From positions 1,024,001 through 1,088,000 of the forward strand of contig CBDCDA010000002.1 of the NCBI GenBank assembly GCA_965215335.1: 64,000 nt of DNA, written 5' to 3'. Under the pieces are notes generated by a model that was not told where the DNA came from, did no database searches, and was given only the letters and a program-made list of their open reading frames with translations. The DNA comes from an uncultured Candidatus Entotheonella sp. (lineage in GTDB: Bacteria > Tectomicrobia > Entotheonellia > Entotheonellales > Entotheonellaceae). Shown here one piece after another: positions 1 through 8,535 of the stretch (position 1 is its first letter; every line of letters begins with the position of its first letter). The position numbers and the translations under genes were made by a program.

Positions 1-426
1 CTGCAGGCTGTCGCCGAGGATCATGCGGTTCGACCAGTTGGCGTCGTGCTGGTAGAACTCGGTGCGGGCGTCGGCGTCCGGCAACCCGTTGAAATCGGCG
101 AACAGGTCGGGCTGCCTCTCGCTCGCTTTCTCGCCCGCCCTGGTGCGCCGGGACAGGTCGTCGATCAGCACCTTGGGGTGCACCTTTTCCTGGATGAACA
201 GCGGTGGCGCCTGAATGGTCAAGGCCGACGAGTCCTGTTCATCCTTGCCGCGCCAGACGAGTTGCGGGTCGAGGTCGCGGTTGCGCCGTTCGCAGGCGAC
301 CTGGATGGGACTGCGGTCGTCCTCTGCCATCACCGCCTGGTATTCGGCGGTGGGGATGTTCTTGCGCGACGCTTCGCCGTGCGTGAGGGTGGCAATGGTC
401 TTGGTCTTTCTGGATGTTCGTGCCAT
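1..426 (-). CDS. Type III restriction-modification methyltransferase (Mod), N-terminal part, runs off the window
   Basis: Hand translation: MARTSRKTK...KNIPTAEY...DLDPQLVWRGKDEQD...PPLFIQEKVHPK...EFYQHDANWSNRMILGDSLQ, the typical N-terminus of Mod proteins paired with this Res family. Starts 8 nt after the Res stop. Not in the ORF track. Confidence 0.85.
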   Translation of the reverse strand, partial: MARTSRKTKTIATLTHGEASRKNIPTAEYQAVMAEDDRSPIQVACERRNRDLDPQLVWRGKDEQDSSALTIQAPPLFIQEKVHPKVLIDDLSRRTRAGEKASERQPDLFADFNGLPDADARTEFYQHDANWSNRMILGDSLQ

Positions 427-434
427 GGGATCAG

Positions 435-3400
435 CTACTCCCTGCGGACCTGCAATTCCGATTCATCAATATCCGCTGGCTGGGACTGCTTTGTCAAACG
501 ATTGAACTCGAACTCCACTCTGGCCTCGAAATCGGATTGCATGTCATACACGTCCGTGAACTCGGCGAAGGCCCAACGGCCGTAGGCGTGGAGGTTGTTC
601 ACGCCGGGCACCCAGCAGGTCTCCATCGTCTCCTTCTTGTCTTTTGCGTCCTCTCCCCGGTAGCCCTTGATCTCGACGATCAGGTTCAGCGCCTCGCCGC
701 AGCCGTCGTCCAGGACCACGATGAAATCGGGGACATAGGTCCGGGCCGTGGAGCCGCTTCGGTAGGGGACTTCCAGGCCGAGGCCCTGGTTCTTGACGTA
801 GGCGCGCACGGCGCGGTGCGCTTCGACGACGCGGCAGAATTCTGCTTCCCACGCGCTGTCGAGGATCGCCCAGTTGACGTGGCAACGCCGGGGAGCCGTC
901 CTGTAGCGGAGCGTCTTGGCCGTGTTGAAGTTGACGTGCAGGGTGGAGCCGACGGGGTTATAGGGAGCGAGCACGGCCTTGACTGGCCGGCTGCCGATTT
1001 CCGCGCGCGTGATCGCCGCGGTGATGCGCTCGCAGGCCAGGTCGGCCAGGTCCCGGTACATGAGTTGGGCCGGGCAGGTGTTGCCCTTGCAGACGAGGCA
1101 GGTATCGAGCCATTTGCGGGTGATGCGCTTGAGCTGGCCGAACAGGTGCAGCTCGGGTTCCTCGTCCGGGTCGCGCCACCTGGTGTAGAGCAGCCGCTGC
1201 GTCAGGTTGTAGAGCAGGGTCGCGCGCCGCAGGGCGCCGGTATGGACCAGGTCGAGGTCGATGCCCGCGCCGATGATCCCCTCGTTGCGCGTTTGCGTCG
1301 GTCCCGTGAGCTCCGGCGTCAGTTCCAGGACCGAGTCCTCGCTGAAGGTGGCTTGCAGCCGTTCGTCCGGCAGTTCCACCCGGTATCCGGCGACCCTGGG
1401 AAAGCGGATTTCGAGGTGGTCTCGTTCGGGGTGGATGGCCCTGACCTGGACGGTCTCGCGCGGCGGCCGGGGCGGGGCGACGACCGGCCTGGCCGTGAAG
1501 TCGAACGGGACGCCGAGGACGTCCGCGTACTCGACGTCGAGGAGGCCGTTTTCCCCGACGTCGTAGGACTGCCGGCGCAGCGCCCTGCCGACGACCTGCT
1601 CGCACAGGAGTTGCGTGTCGAAGGCACGGACGCCGAGGACGTGCGTGACGGTGCTGGCGTCCCAGCCCTCGGTCAGCATGGAGACGGAGACGACGCAGCG
1701 GACCTGGCCGCCGAGCCGTCCGGCCTTGCCCACGGTATTCATGGCCTCGCGCAGCAGGTCGTGGTCCGAGAGGTTCTCGGCCTGCCGGCGGTCGCCGGTG
1801 CGGGCGACGATCTCGTGACGGAAGCGCTCGATCTCGTCGGCGGCCAGGTTGCGGAAGTTCCTGTCCAGCCCCTCCCCGGATTCGAGCTGCTTGCTGTCGA
1901 TGAGCAGCGTGCGCGGGCGACCGAGCGGGGCGCCGGCCTCGTCGTGGTTGCGGAACAGCGCCAGGCGGCCGTTCACCAGGGTTCTGGAGCCGTCGGGGTT
2001 GTCGCGCCGGAAGCCCGAAACGTAGTCGTACACCAGCTTGGAGGTGGCGGTGTTGTTGCAGACGACGATGAAGCAGGGCGGCGTCTCGATGCCGGCTTGC
2101 CGCCACAGCCCGAATATCTTCTCGTAATGGCCGTACAGGGCTTTCAGCGCCGTTTCCAGCATGGACGGCAGGCTGAGCGGGTCGGAGGCGGACGTTTCCT
2201 TGCCGCGGCCTTTCTTCGGCATCTGGCTGCCGATGTGATTCCAGAGATTGCGGAGTTTCGGCATGTCGTTGCCGGGGACGTTGTCGGCGACCGGGACGCG
2301 GGGCAGCTTGACGATGCCGCACTCGATGGCGTCCATGAGGGAGAAGTCGCTCAGCGTCCAGGGAAAGAGCGTACCCTCGGCGTAGCCGGAGCCGCGCAGG
2401 AAGAACGGCGTCGCCGACAGGTCGATGATGCGGTTCAGGCTGAGCTTTCGCCATGCCGCTTCCAGGCCGGAGAGCCACAGCCGCGCGGCTTCGCGGTTCT
2501 TCCTGGCTTCTTCCAGGTCGTCGCCCTTCAGGTTGCCCTCGTCGTCCTCGCCCGGTTTTTCCCGGTAGCAGTGATGCGCTTCATCGTTGAGGACCAGGAC
2601 GTTCGTCGTGCCCATCAGTTCCGGCATGACGCGCCGGAGCATTTGTCCTTCGCTTTCCTGGACGGCGAGCGGTTCGCCGCGTCCCTGGAGCAGGGCGCGG
2701 CCGCCTTTGGACAACTCGAGTTGGTCTCGCAGCTTGAAGGCGTGGTAGTTGGTGATGACGATCCTGGCCTTGTTCAGATCGGCGAGCATGTCGCCGGGGA
2801 CCAGCTCGCGGCTGCGGTAGTAGCTGTCCGGGTCGTTCGGCTGCAAGACGCGCAGGCGGTCCTTGATGGTGATGCCGGGCGTTACGACCAGGAAGCCGCG
2901 GGTGAACCGCCGGCTGCTGGGATGGCGTACGGCGTTGATCGTCTGCCAGGCGATCAGCATGGCCATGACGGTCGTCTTGCCGGCGCCGGTGGCGAGTTTC
3001 AGCGCCAGACGGGAAAGGCCCGGATTCGCCTGTTCGTTCGCGTCTCGCAGGGCGTCGAGGAATTGTCTTCCGGCGTTGCCGAGTCCGGGCGCGACTTCGG
3101 TCAGCCAGATGACCGTTTCGACGGCCTCGACCTGGCAGAAGAAAGGACGGAAGCCGTTGAACCTGCATGAGCGCCAGTGTTCGAGCAGGCGGGCCGTCTC
3201 CGGGGTAACGCGCCAATTTGCTTTTGGAATCCCTCGCCAGTTGCTGACGTGGCGGCGGATGCTTTCGATGTTCTCCATCAGGTCGTACCGTTGGTCGTCG
3301 GTCCCGATGCCTCTTGCGGCGGCGTCGAAGACCATGGACGTCTGGTTTCCCGCCGCCGGGCCACGAAGTCTCCTGGCGCTCGGGACGGCGGTGATGAATC

Positions 3401-3524
3401 TGGCTGGCCGGCGTTCTTCGATGATCTTCTGGGTCGGCTGTCCGGCATCGTCGAGTTCCCAATGCCGGCTCGGGCGCTCGTACGGAGAATTGAGGATGGG
3501 CTGGTTGAAGAACTGCTCGTTCAA
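435..3524 (-). CDS. Type III restriction endonuclease Res subunit (BPTD_3080-like; SF2 helicase plus nuclease)
   Basis: Walker A LATGAGKT, DEAHH, SATP, MLTEGWD, QVVGRALR, C-terminal PD..EIKG nuclease motif. Likely TTG start at 3524 with GGGAG RBS. Confidence 0.92.
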   Translation of the reverse strand: MNEQFFNQPILNSPYERPSRHWELDDAGQPTQKIIEERRPARFITAVPSARRLRGPAAGNQTSMVFDAAARGIGTDDQRYDLMENIESIRRHVSNWRGIPKANWRVTPETARLLEHWRSCRFNGFRPFFCQVEAVETVIWLTEVAPGLGNAGRQFLDALRDANEQANPGLSRLALKLATGAGKTTVMAMLIAWQTINAVRHPSSRRFTRGFLVVTPGITIKDRLRVLQPNDPDSYYRSRELVPGDMLADLNKARIVITNYHAFKLRDQLELSKGGRALLQGRGEPLAVQESEGQMLRRVMPELMGTTNVLVLNDEAHHCYREKPGEDDEGNLKGDDLEEARKNREAARLWLSGLEAAWRKLSLNRIIDLSATPFFLRGSGYAEGTLFPWTLSDFSLMDAIECGIVKLPRVPVADNVPGNDMPKLRNLWNHIGSQMPKKGRGKETSASDPLSLPSMLETALKALYGHYEKIFGLWRQAGIETPPCFIVVCNNTATSKLVYDYVSGFRRDNPDGSRTLVNGRLALFRNHDEAGAPLGRPRTLLIDSKQLESGEGLDRNFRNLAADEIERFRHEIVARTGDRRQAENLSDHDLLREAMNTVGKAGRLGGQVRCVVSVSMLTEGWDASTVTHVLGVRAFDTQLLCEQVVGRALRRQSYDVGENGLLDVEYADVLGVPFDFTARPVVAPPRPPRETVQVRAIHPERDHLEIRFPRVAGYRVELPDERLQATFSEDSVLELTPELTGPTQTRNEGIIGAGIDLDLVHTGALRRATLLYNLTQRLLYTRWRDPDEEPELHLFGQLKRITRKWLDTCLVCKGNTCPAQLMYRDLADLACERITAAITRAEIGSRPVKAVLAPYNPVGSTLHVNFNTAKTLRYRTAPRRCHVNWAILDSAWEAEFCRVVEAHRAVRAYVKNQGLGLEVPYRSGSTARTYVPDFIVVLDDGCGEALNLIVEIKGYRGEDAKDKKETMETCWVPGVNNLHAYGRWAFAEFTDVYDMQSDFEARVEFEFNRLTKQSQPADIDESELQVRRE

Positions 3525-3658
3525 TGGCGGGGTCTCCCGTCTTGTCGGTGCTGCGTGCAACTATCGGGCGGACGTGCGCGTGGGTGGTAACATACATGCG
3601 ATGGAGCGGTAGCTCTGGCAAACGAGATCGACCACCCGAGCAGGCTTGCGAGGACGTT

Positions 3659-3979
3659 CTAGCCGTAGATGGCCCTGTGCAGTTTCGGCCAAGTCCACTC
3701 GACAACCGGCCCGGCGCCTGGCAAGCCCTTGGCGTCACTCCCTTGCGGCCTCAGTTGAAATCTGCGCTTCCTCAACCCCTTGGCAATCCTGATCTCTTGA
3801 AGCACCCCAGCGGCGCAATGGGTATGCTCGCCTGGCAAAACGATGAACACGTCACACTTCGAGATGGCACTCTGAGCGCGCCGCAGCCATGCATCGTCGG
3901 GGCAGGCTTCCTTCAGAGAATTGGTCAGCGTCAACAGGCGTCGGCGACAAGCCCCGAGCAAGTCAACTGCCATGGTCAT
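3659..3979 (-). CDS. TIR-like domain protein (MTH538/DUF1863, ThsB-like), apparently 5'-truncated
   Basis: SLKEA..W....I.KCDVFIVLPGEHTHCAAGVLQEIRIA...WTWPKL pattern. The usual N-terminal FISF strand is not visible. Confidence 0.6.
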   Translation of the reverse strand: MTMAVDLLGACRRRLLTLTNSLKEACPDDAWLRRAQSAISKCDVFIVLPGEHTHCAAGVLQEIRIAKGLRKRRFQLRPQGSDAKGLPGAGPVVEWTWPKLHRAIYG

Positions 3980-4406
3980 AGAGCGTAAAATCGCGGTCGA
4001 GCCATAACACGTAAAATATGTGTCCTTGGCGGTATCCCACCATCGCCTTTCGGCCAGAAAATCGGAAGGCAAGGAAGATCACGTCCGGGGTGACGTGTGC
4101 CGGAATACCCGTCCGCAGTCTGTTTCGGGGCAGTTTTTCAGGACCCAAACCGTGTCTTGGAGCGCCTTGGATCTCATTCCAGGTCAGTTGACTTCGCTTG
4201 TACAAGGCGTCGGCGAAATCGCCTTTTTCCCGCAGCTCACACGCATCCAGGCCATACTGACCACGGTCCAGGCATGCAAGAGAAAAGGCGGGGTGCAGTT
4301 GACCGGACGGAATGCCGGTGCTGGCAGGAGCCCGCACGCGCCGGCCCTGGATAATTGGCGGGGAGATGATTTTCTTGCGGTTCGGGTTACACCGTTTCGG
4401 AGCCAC
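3963..4406 (-). CDS. Putative toxin paired with the Panacea antitoxin
   Basis: About 147-aa basic ORF overlapping the antitoxin 3' end; C-terminus FRFSGRKAMVGYR..IFYVLWLD..FTLYDH. Start uncertain (GTG 4406 or 4424). Confidence 0.6.
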   Translation of the reverse strand: MAPKRCNPNRKKIISPPIIQGRRVRAPASTGIPSGQLHPAFSLACLDRGQYGLDACELREKGDFADALYKRSQLTWNEIQGAPRHGLGPEKLPRNRLRTGIPAHVTPDVIFLAFRFSGRKAMVGYRQGHIFYVLWLDRDFTLYDHGS

Positions 4407-4848
4407 GCGCCACCCTTGTCGCAAAATAGCTGCTCAGGTCACCGTGTCTGATTTCCTGCCCCGGAGGCGTGTCGCGCCATGGTGGCTCGGAATGGGTCAT
4501 ATCACGCAATTTCCAGGCGGAAAATTGTCCGTAGACCGCGTAGACCTCATCAAGCAATTCGCGCGTTTGCGTGTCATGAATGGAGAAGTCAGTCACATCT
4601 GGATGAGGGATGGCGTCTGAGCCGTTGGCCCTGTATTCGTGATAGAGTTCTGGAACGACAGGCCCGTGCGTCCAGGCTTCGATACGCTCGCGAAACAAAG
4701 GGCGACCATGGAGCGCGAGCGCGAATCCCTGAGCATAGTAGACGAGCTTTTGCAGTTTCAGGTTGGAAATCAAGTCGCCCGCATCTTCGTCCATCTGCGC
4801 CAGGAAGTATTGGGCGACATCATGACAACTCAACTTGCAGGAACTCAT
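4387..4848 (-). CDS. Panacea domain antitoxin (DUF4065/SocA family)
   Basis: ISNLKLQKLVYYAQG, IEAWTHGPVVPELY, L..MTH.EPPW motifs. Confidence 0.92.
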   Translation of the reverse strand: MSSCKLSCHDVAQYFLAQMDEDAGDLISNLKLQKLVYYAQGFALALHGRPLFRERIEAWTHGPVVPELYHEYRANGSDAIPHPDVTDFSIHDTQTRELLDEVYAVYGQFSAWKLRDMTHSEPPWRDTPPGQEIRHGDLSSYFATRVARGSETV

Positions 4849-4912
4849 GAACTCTCCACTCCAGCCTTTCTATCCGTGGATACCAAAGGAGGACAAAATC
4901 CAGATGACAGAC

Positions 4913-4941
4913 ATGCTATACCCATCGACTGGCAGAGACAA
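4913..4941 (-). promoter_or_regulatory. Candidate sigma70 promoter for the antitoxin operon
   Basis: TTGTCT-N17-TAGCAT on the minus strand, about 65 nt upstream of the ATG. Confidence 0.4.
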
Positions 4942-5216
4942 CTTTGCCATCTGTCTTGCTGCCACGGCCATCCTCTGATTGTGAGTCCTGAGACTGGTCA
5001 GGCAGGATTTTCCATGGCGAGTGTCAAACGGCGCGCCTTCAGCCAACACCTGCCTGAGCGAATTTCTCGGCATCTGGCCCAGAGGCATAGCCTGGAAAAA
5101 TCCAGCCCCGAATACCAAGACCTTTGCAACTATGGTACTATCCCTGACAGGGCAGCCTGAATTCTGTCCGGAGTATTGATTGACGGAACGCACGTTAGTA
5201 TTGATTGGAGGTCCGT

Positions 5217-5327
5217 ATGGAAGAGACGCCTCACCCCAAGGGCGCTCTGACGTTCATGCTGATCTATCTCGTGGTTCTTTCGCTGTTCTGGCTCGATTCG
5301 TTTCTCCGCTTGTGGCTGAAAGGGTGA
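5217..5327 (+). CDS. cbaD: ba3-type cytochrome c oxidase subunit IIa
   Basis: MEETPHPKGALTFMLIYLVVLSLFWLDSFLRLWLKG, GGAGG RBS, one TM helix with the PKGA..FW pattern; directly upstream of subunit II. Confidence 0.85.
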   Translation: MEETPHPKGALTFMLIYLVVLSLFWLDSFLRLWLKG

Positions 5328-5334
5328 TCATGCC

Positions 5335-5826
5335 ATGGCCAAAAACGATACGACGCTCTACCTGTACGAACTCGCCTGGATACTGCCCAGTGTCGCCTTG
5401 CCTGTGGGCATGCTGGCGGCGCTGCTGGTGACGGCGTTCGGCGCCCATATCCATTTGCCGGGACAGGCGGCCACCATTGATCCCGCACGTATCGACACCA
5501 CGGCGCCATTTGATCAACCCGGTCTCGTCGAGGTCGGGGTGGGACGCTACGAGGCTCGTATCATCGCCGGTATCTGGTTCTTCAACCCGCCTGAAATTCG
5601 CGTGCCCGAAGGTTCCGAGGTGACCTTCGTCGGCACCAGCCGGGACGTCATTCACGGCCTCTTTCTTCCCGATGCCGACGTCAACGTCATGCTGATTCCG
5701 GGCCAGGTGACACGAATTACCACCCGCTTTCCAAAGGCTGGCGAATACACCTTCATCTGTCACGAGTACTGCGGCCTCGCCCATCACACCATGGCCGGCA
5801 AGGTCATCGTCGAACCCCTGGAGTAA
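5335..5826 (+). CDS. cbaB: ba3-type cytochrome c oxidase subunit II
   Basis: Single N-terminal TM helix, DVIHG and CuA motif CHEYCGLAHHTM. Confidence 0.93.
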   Translation: MAKNDTTLYLYELAWILPSVALPVGMLAALLVTAFGAHIHLPGQAATIDPARIDTTAPFDQPGLVEVGVGRYEARIIAGIWFFNPPEIRVPEGSEVTFVGTSRDVIHGLFLPDADVNVMLIPGQVTRITTRFPKAGEYTFICHEYCGLAHHTMAGKVIVEPLE

Positions 5827-5840
5827 AGGCGGCAAAGCCC

Positions 5841-7490
5841 ATGACGCCCGCGGTTGACACCGACCTGGGACCAGAACGCCGCCTGACCGGCGCTTTCTTC
5901 CTGGTGGCGTTCGTCGCCCTCTTCGTCGGCGTGGTGACCGGTCTGTTTCAGGGCCTTTCGCATGCCGGCATCGATCTGTACGCGTGGCTTGTGCCCTTGG
6001 TGAAGTCCTACTATCATGGCCTCAGTCTGCACGGGGTCATGAACGTGCTGGTGTGGACCACCTTTTTCATCTGTGGCTTCGTTCCCTTCATGGCGGCCCG
6101 CGCCTATCGGCGTCCGCTGGCGAGCCGCGGCCTGGGATGGGCGACCTTTGGCCTGATGATCGTGGGGCTGATCATCGCTGGCATCCCGCTGGTACAGAAC
6201 AACGCCACGGTCATGTTTACGTTCTATCCCCCCATGCAGGCGCATGGGGCCTTCTACGTGGGTCTGACGTTGGTCGTCGTCGGCACCTGGCTGGTGACGC
6301 TCAACCTCCTGCTCACCCACCGCGCCTGGCGTCGCCAGCATGCCAATGCGCGGACGCCCCTGCCGGCGATGATGGCGCTTGTCACGTTCATCATGTGGAC
6401 GATTGCCTCCCTCGGTCTGGCGGCCGAGATGCTCTTTCTCCTGATTCCCTGGTCGTTGGGCTGGCGCCAGGGCGTCAATCCCCTGCTGGCGCGCACCCTG
6501 TTCTGGTTCACCGGCCATCCCATCGTCTACTTCTGGCTGCTGCCCGTCTATCTTTCCTGGTACACCCTGGTGCCGCGGCAGGCCGGTGGGCGTCTTTTCA
6601 GCGATCCGATGGCGCGGGCGTCGTTTCTTCTGTTCCTCCTGTTGTCGACGCCAGTCGGCCTTCACCACCAATACACCGACCCGGGCATCGCGCAGGGCTG
6701 GAAGCTGGTCCACACCTTTTTTACGTTCGCGGTGTTTTTCCCGAGCTTGCTGACGTTTTTCAACGTGGTGGCGTCCTTGGAGAGCGGTGCTCGGGCGCGT
6801 GGCGGAAAGGGGCTTGTTGCCTGGTTCGGCAAGCTGCCTTGGGGCGATCCATCGCTGGCGGCTCAGGTGCTCGCCATGCTGACCTTTGCCTTTGGCGGCA
6901 TCGGGGGTCTGATCAACGCCTCGCACAGCATGAACCTGCTCGTCCACAACAGCACGTACATCGTCGGGCATTTCCACCTCACCGTCGGGACGGCCGTTAC
7001 GCTGTCGTTCATGGGCATTACCTACTGGCTGGTCCCGGTGCTGGTGGGGCGGGGTTTGTGGAGCCGGCGCCTGGCCCTGACCCAGGCCTGGCTGTGGACT
7101 ATCGGCATGGCGCTGTTTTCCTACGCGTTGCACAGCCTTGGGCTGCAGGGCATGCCGCGGCGCACGTGGATCGCCATGGCCACGTACGCGCCGCCGGAAT
7201 GGGGCGAACTCACGCCACTCATCGGCATTGGTGGCGCCATCATGTTCGTGAGTGCCACGCTCTATTTTCTCAACCTCTTGTTGACGTGGCTGGTGTCGCG
7301 GGAACCCGCCCCTGCTCCCGTCGAATTCGCCGATGCCATCTCCGGCCCCGAGGCCGTACCCGTTTTTCTCGACCGCCTGCGTCCGTGGCTGGTTCTCAGC
7401 GCGATCTTCATCTTCGTGGCCTACGCCCCCACGTTGATTCACATGATCCTGGAGACGTCGGCAAACGTATCGGGATTCCGGGTCTGGTGA
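5841..7490 (+). CDS. cbaA: ba3-type (B-family) cytochrome c oxidase subunit I
   Basis: HGVMN, FWFTGHPIVYFWLLP, GLHHQY, GHFHL, GMPRR motifs. Confidence 0.95.
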   Translation: MTPAVDTDLGPERRLTGAFFLVAFVALFVGVVTGLFQGLSHAGIDLYAWLVPLVKSYYHGLSLHGVMNVLVWTTFFICGFVPFMAARAYRRPLASRGLGWATFGLMIVGLIIAGIPLVQNNATVMFTFYPPMQAHGAFYVGLTLVVVGTWLVTLNLLLTHRAWRRQHANARTPLPAMMALVTFIMWTIASLGLAAEMLFLLIPWSLGWRQGVNPLLARTLFWFTGHPIVYFWLLPVYLSWYTLVPRQAGGRLFSDPMARASFLLFLLLSTPVGLHHQYTDPGIAQGWKLVHTFFTFAVFFPSLLTFFNVVASLESGARARGGKGLVAWFGKLPWGDPSLAAQVLAMLTFAFGGIGGLINASHSMNLLVHNSTYIVGHFHLTVGTAVTLSFMGITYWLVPVLVGRGLWSRRLALTQAWLWTIGMALFSYALHSLGLQGMPRRTWIAMATYAPPEWGELTPLIGIGGAIMFVSATLYFLNLLLTWLVSREPAPAPVEFADAISGPEAVPVFLDRLRPWLVLSAIFIFVAYAPTLIHMILETSANVSGFRVW

Positions 7491-7625
7491 GTTAGAATGG
7501 CAGGATCAGACAGTTACGTTGCTCTTTCGGGAAGAAAAGGCTCCAGGGGTTCTGGCTAATCTCGACATGCTCCAAGATGAAACCGGGACGTTAATCTCGC
7601 CGCTACGTGTCAGGAGGAACTCGCT

Positions 7626-8516
7626 ATGGACGTTTTGTCATTTTCCAATGTGCCTACCTTGAAGCGTCCCATCCTCTTGCTCGCCTTTGCCGGGTGGAAC
7701 GACGCCGGGAACGCTGCGACGTTTGCCGCCAAGTTCCTTCTGCAACGCCTGCAGGGTCAGAATTTCGCCACCCTGGATCCGGAGATTTTCTACAACTTTT
7801 CCGAGCAGCGCCCGCACGTGCGCTTTAGCGGCGGCGAACGTGAAATCATCTGGCCTGCGAATGAGTTCGCCTACGCCAGCGATCCGCAGCTGGCGCAGGA
7901 CGTCATCATTGCGCTGGGTGTCGAGCCCCATCTGCAATGGCGCCGATATATCGGTTCGGTGCTGAAAGTGATTGAGGAATGCGGCGTAGAACTGGTCGTT
8001 ACCCTCGGCGCGCTGCTCGCCGACGTGGCCTATGCCCGGCCGGTGCGGCTGACCGGCTCCGCCAGCGACGCGGAATTGGCGCGGCGCCTGCACCTGTCGC
8101 CCTCCCGCTACGAAGGTCCGACCGGCATCGTCGGTGTCCTGCACGACACCTGCCGCCAGTGCGGCTTCCCCGCCCTCAGCATCTGGGCCAACGTGCCCCA
8201 CTACATCGCCGCCACGCCCAACGTCAAGGCCGCCCTGGCCATCGTCCAGCGAGTCCTCCGGCTGCTCGATTTCAGCACGGATCTGAGCGATCTGGAACGC
8301 GCTGCCGGTGAATTCGACCGCCGCGTCAGCGACGTTCTGGCCAGTGATCCCAAAGTCGCCGAATACGTTCGCCGTCTGGAAGAACGCGACGAAGACGAGG
8401 ACGACGAAGATGACGATCCCGGCAATACCAACGACCTGCCCAGCGGCGAGGAACTCGCCCGCGAGCTCGAAGCCTTCCTCCGCGAGCAGCGCCGCGAGCA
8501 GGATGAAAAGGAGTAA
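7626..8516 (+). CDS. PAC2 family protein (proteasome assembly chaperone-like)
   Basis: AFAGWNDAG, GVEPHLQW, YEGPTGI, WANVPHY; acidic C-terminus ending ELE.FLR. Confidence 0.85.
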   Translation: MDVLSFSNVPTLKRPILLLAFAGWNDAGNAATFAAKFLLQRLQGQNFATLDPEIFYNFSEQRPHVRFSGGEREIIWPANEFAYASDPQLAQDVIIALGVEPHLQWRRYIGSVLKVIEECGVELVVTLGALLADVAYARPVRLTGSASDAELARRLHLSPSRYEGPTGIVGVLHDTCRQCGFPALSIWANVPHYIAATPNVKAALAIVQRVLRLLDFSTDLSDLERAAGEFDRRVSDVLASDPKVAEYVRRLEERDEDEDDEDDDPGNTNDLPSGEELARELEAFLREQRREQDEKE

Positions 8517-8535
8517 GGCAGGGCAGTCGGCGCCG

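Noticed and set aside
414..3170. 918-aa plus-strand ORF
   Set aside because: Antisense shadow of the Res gene, common in GC-rich DNA; no motifs.
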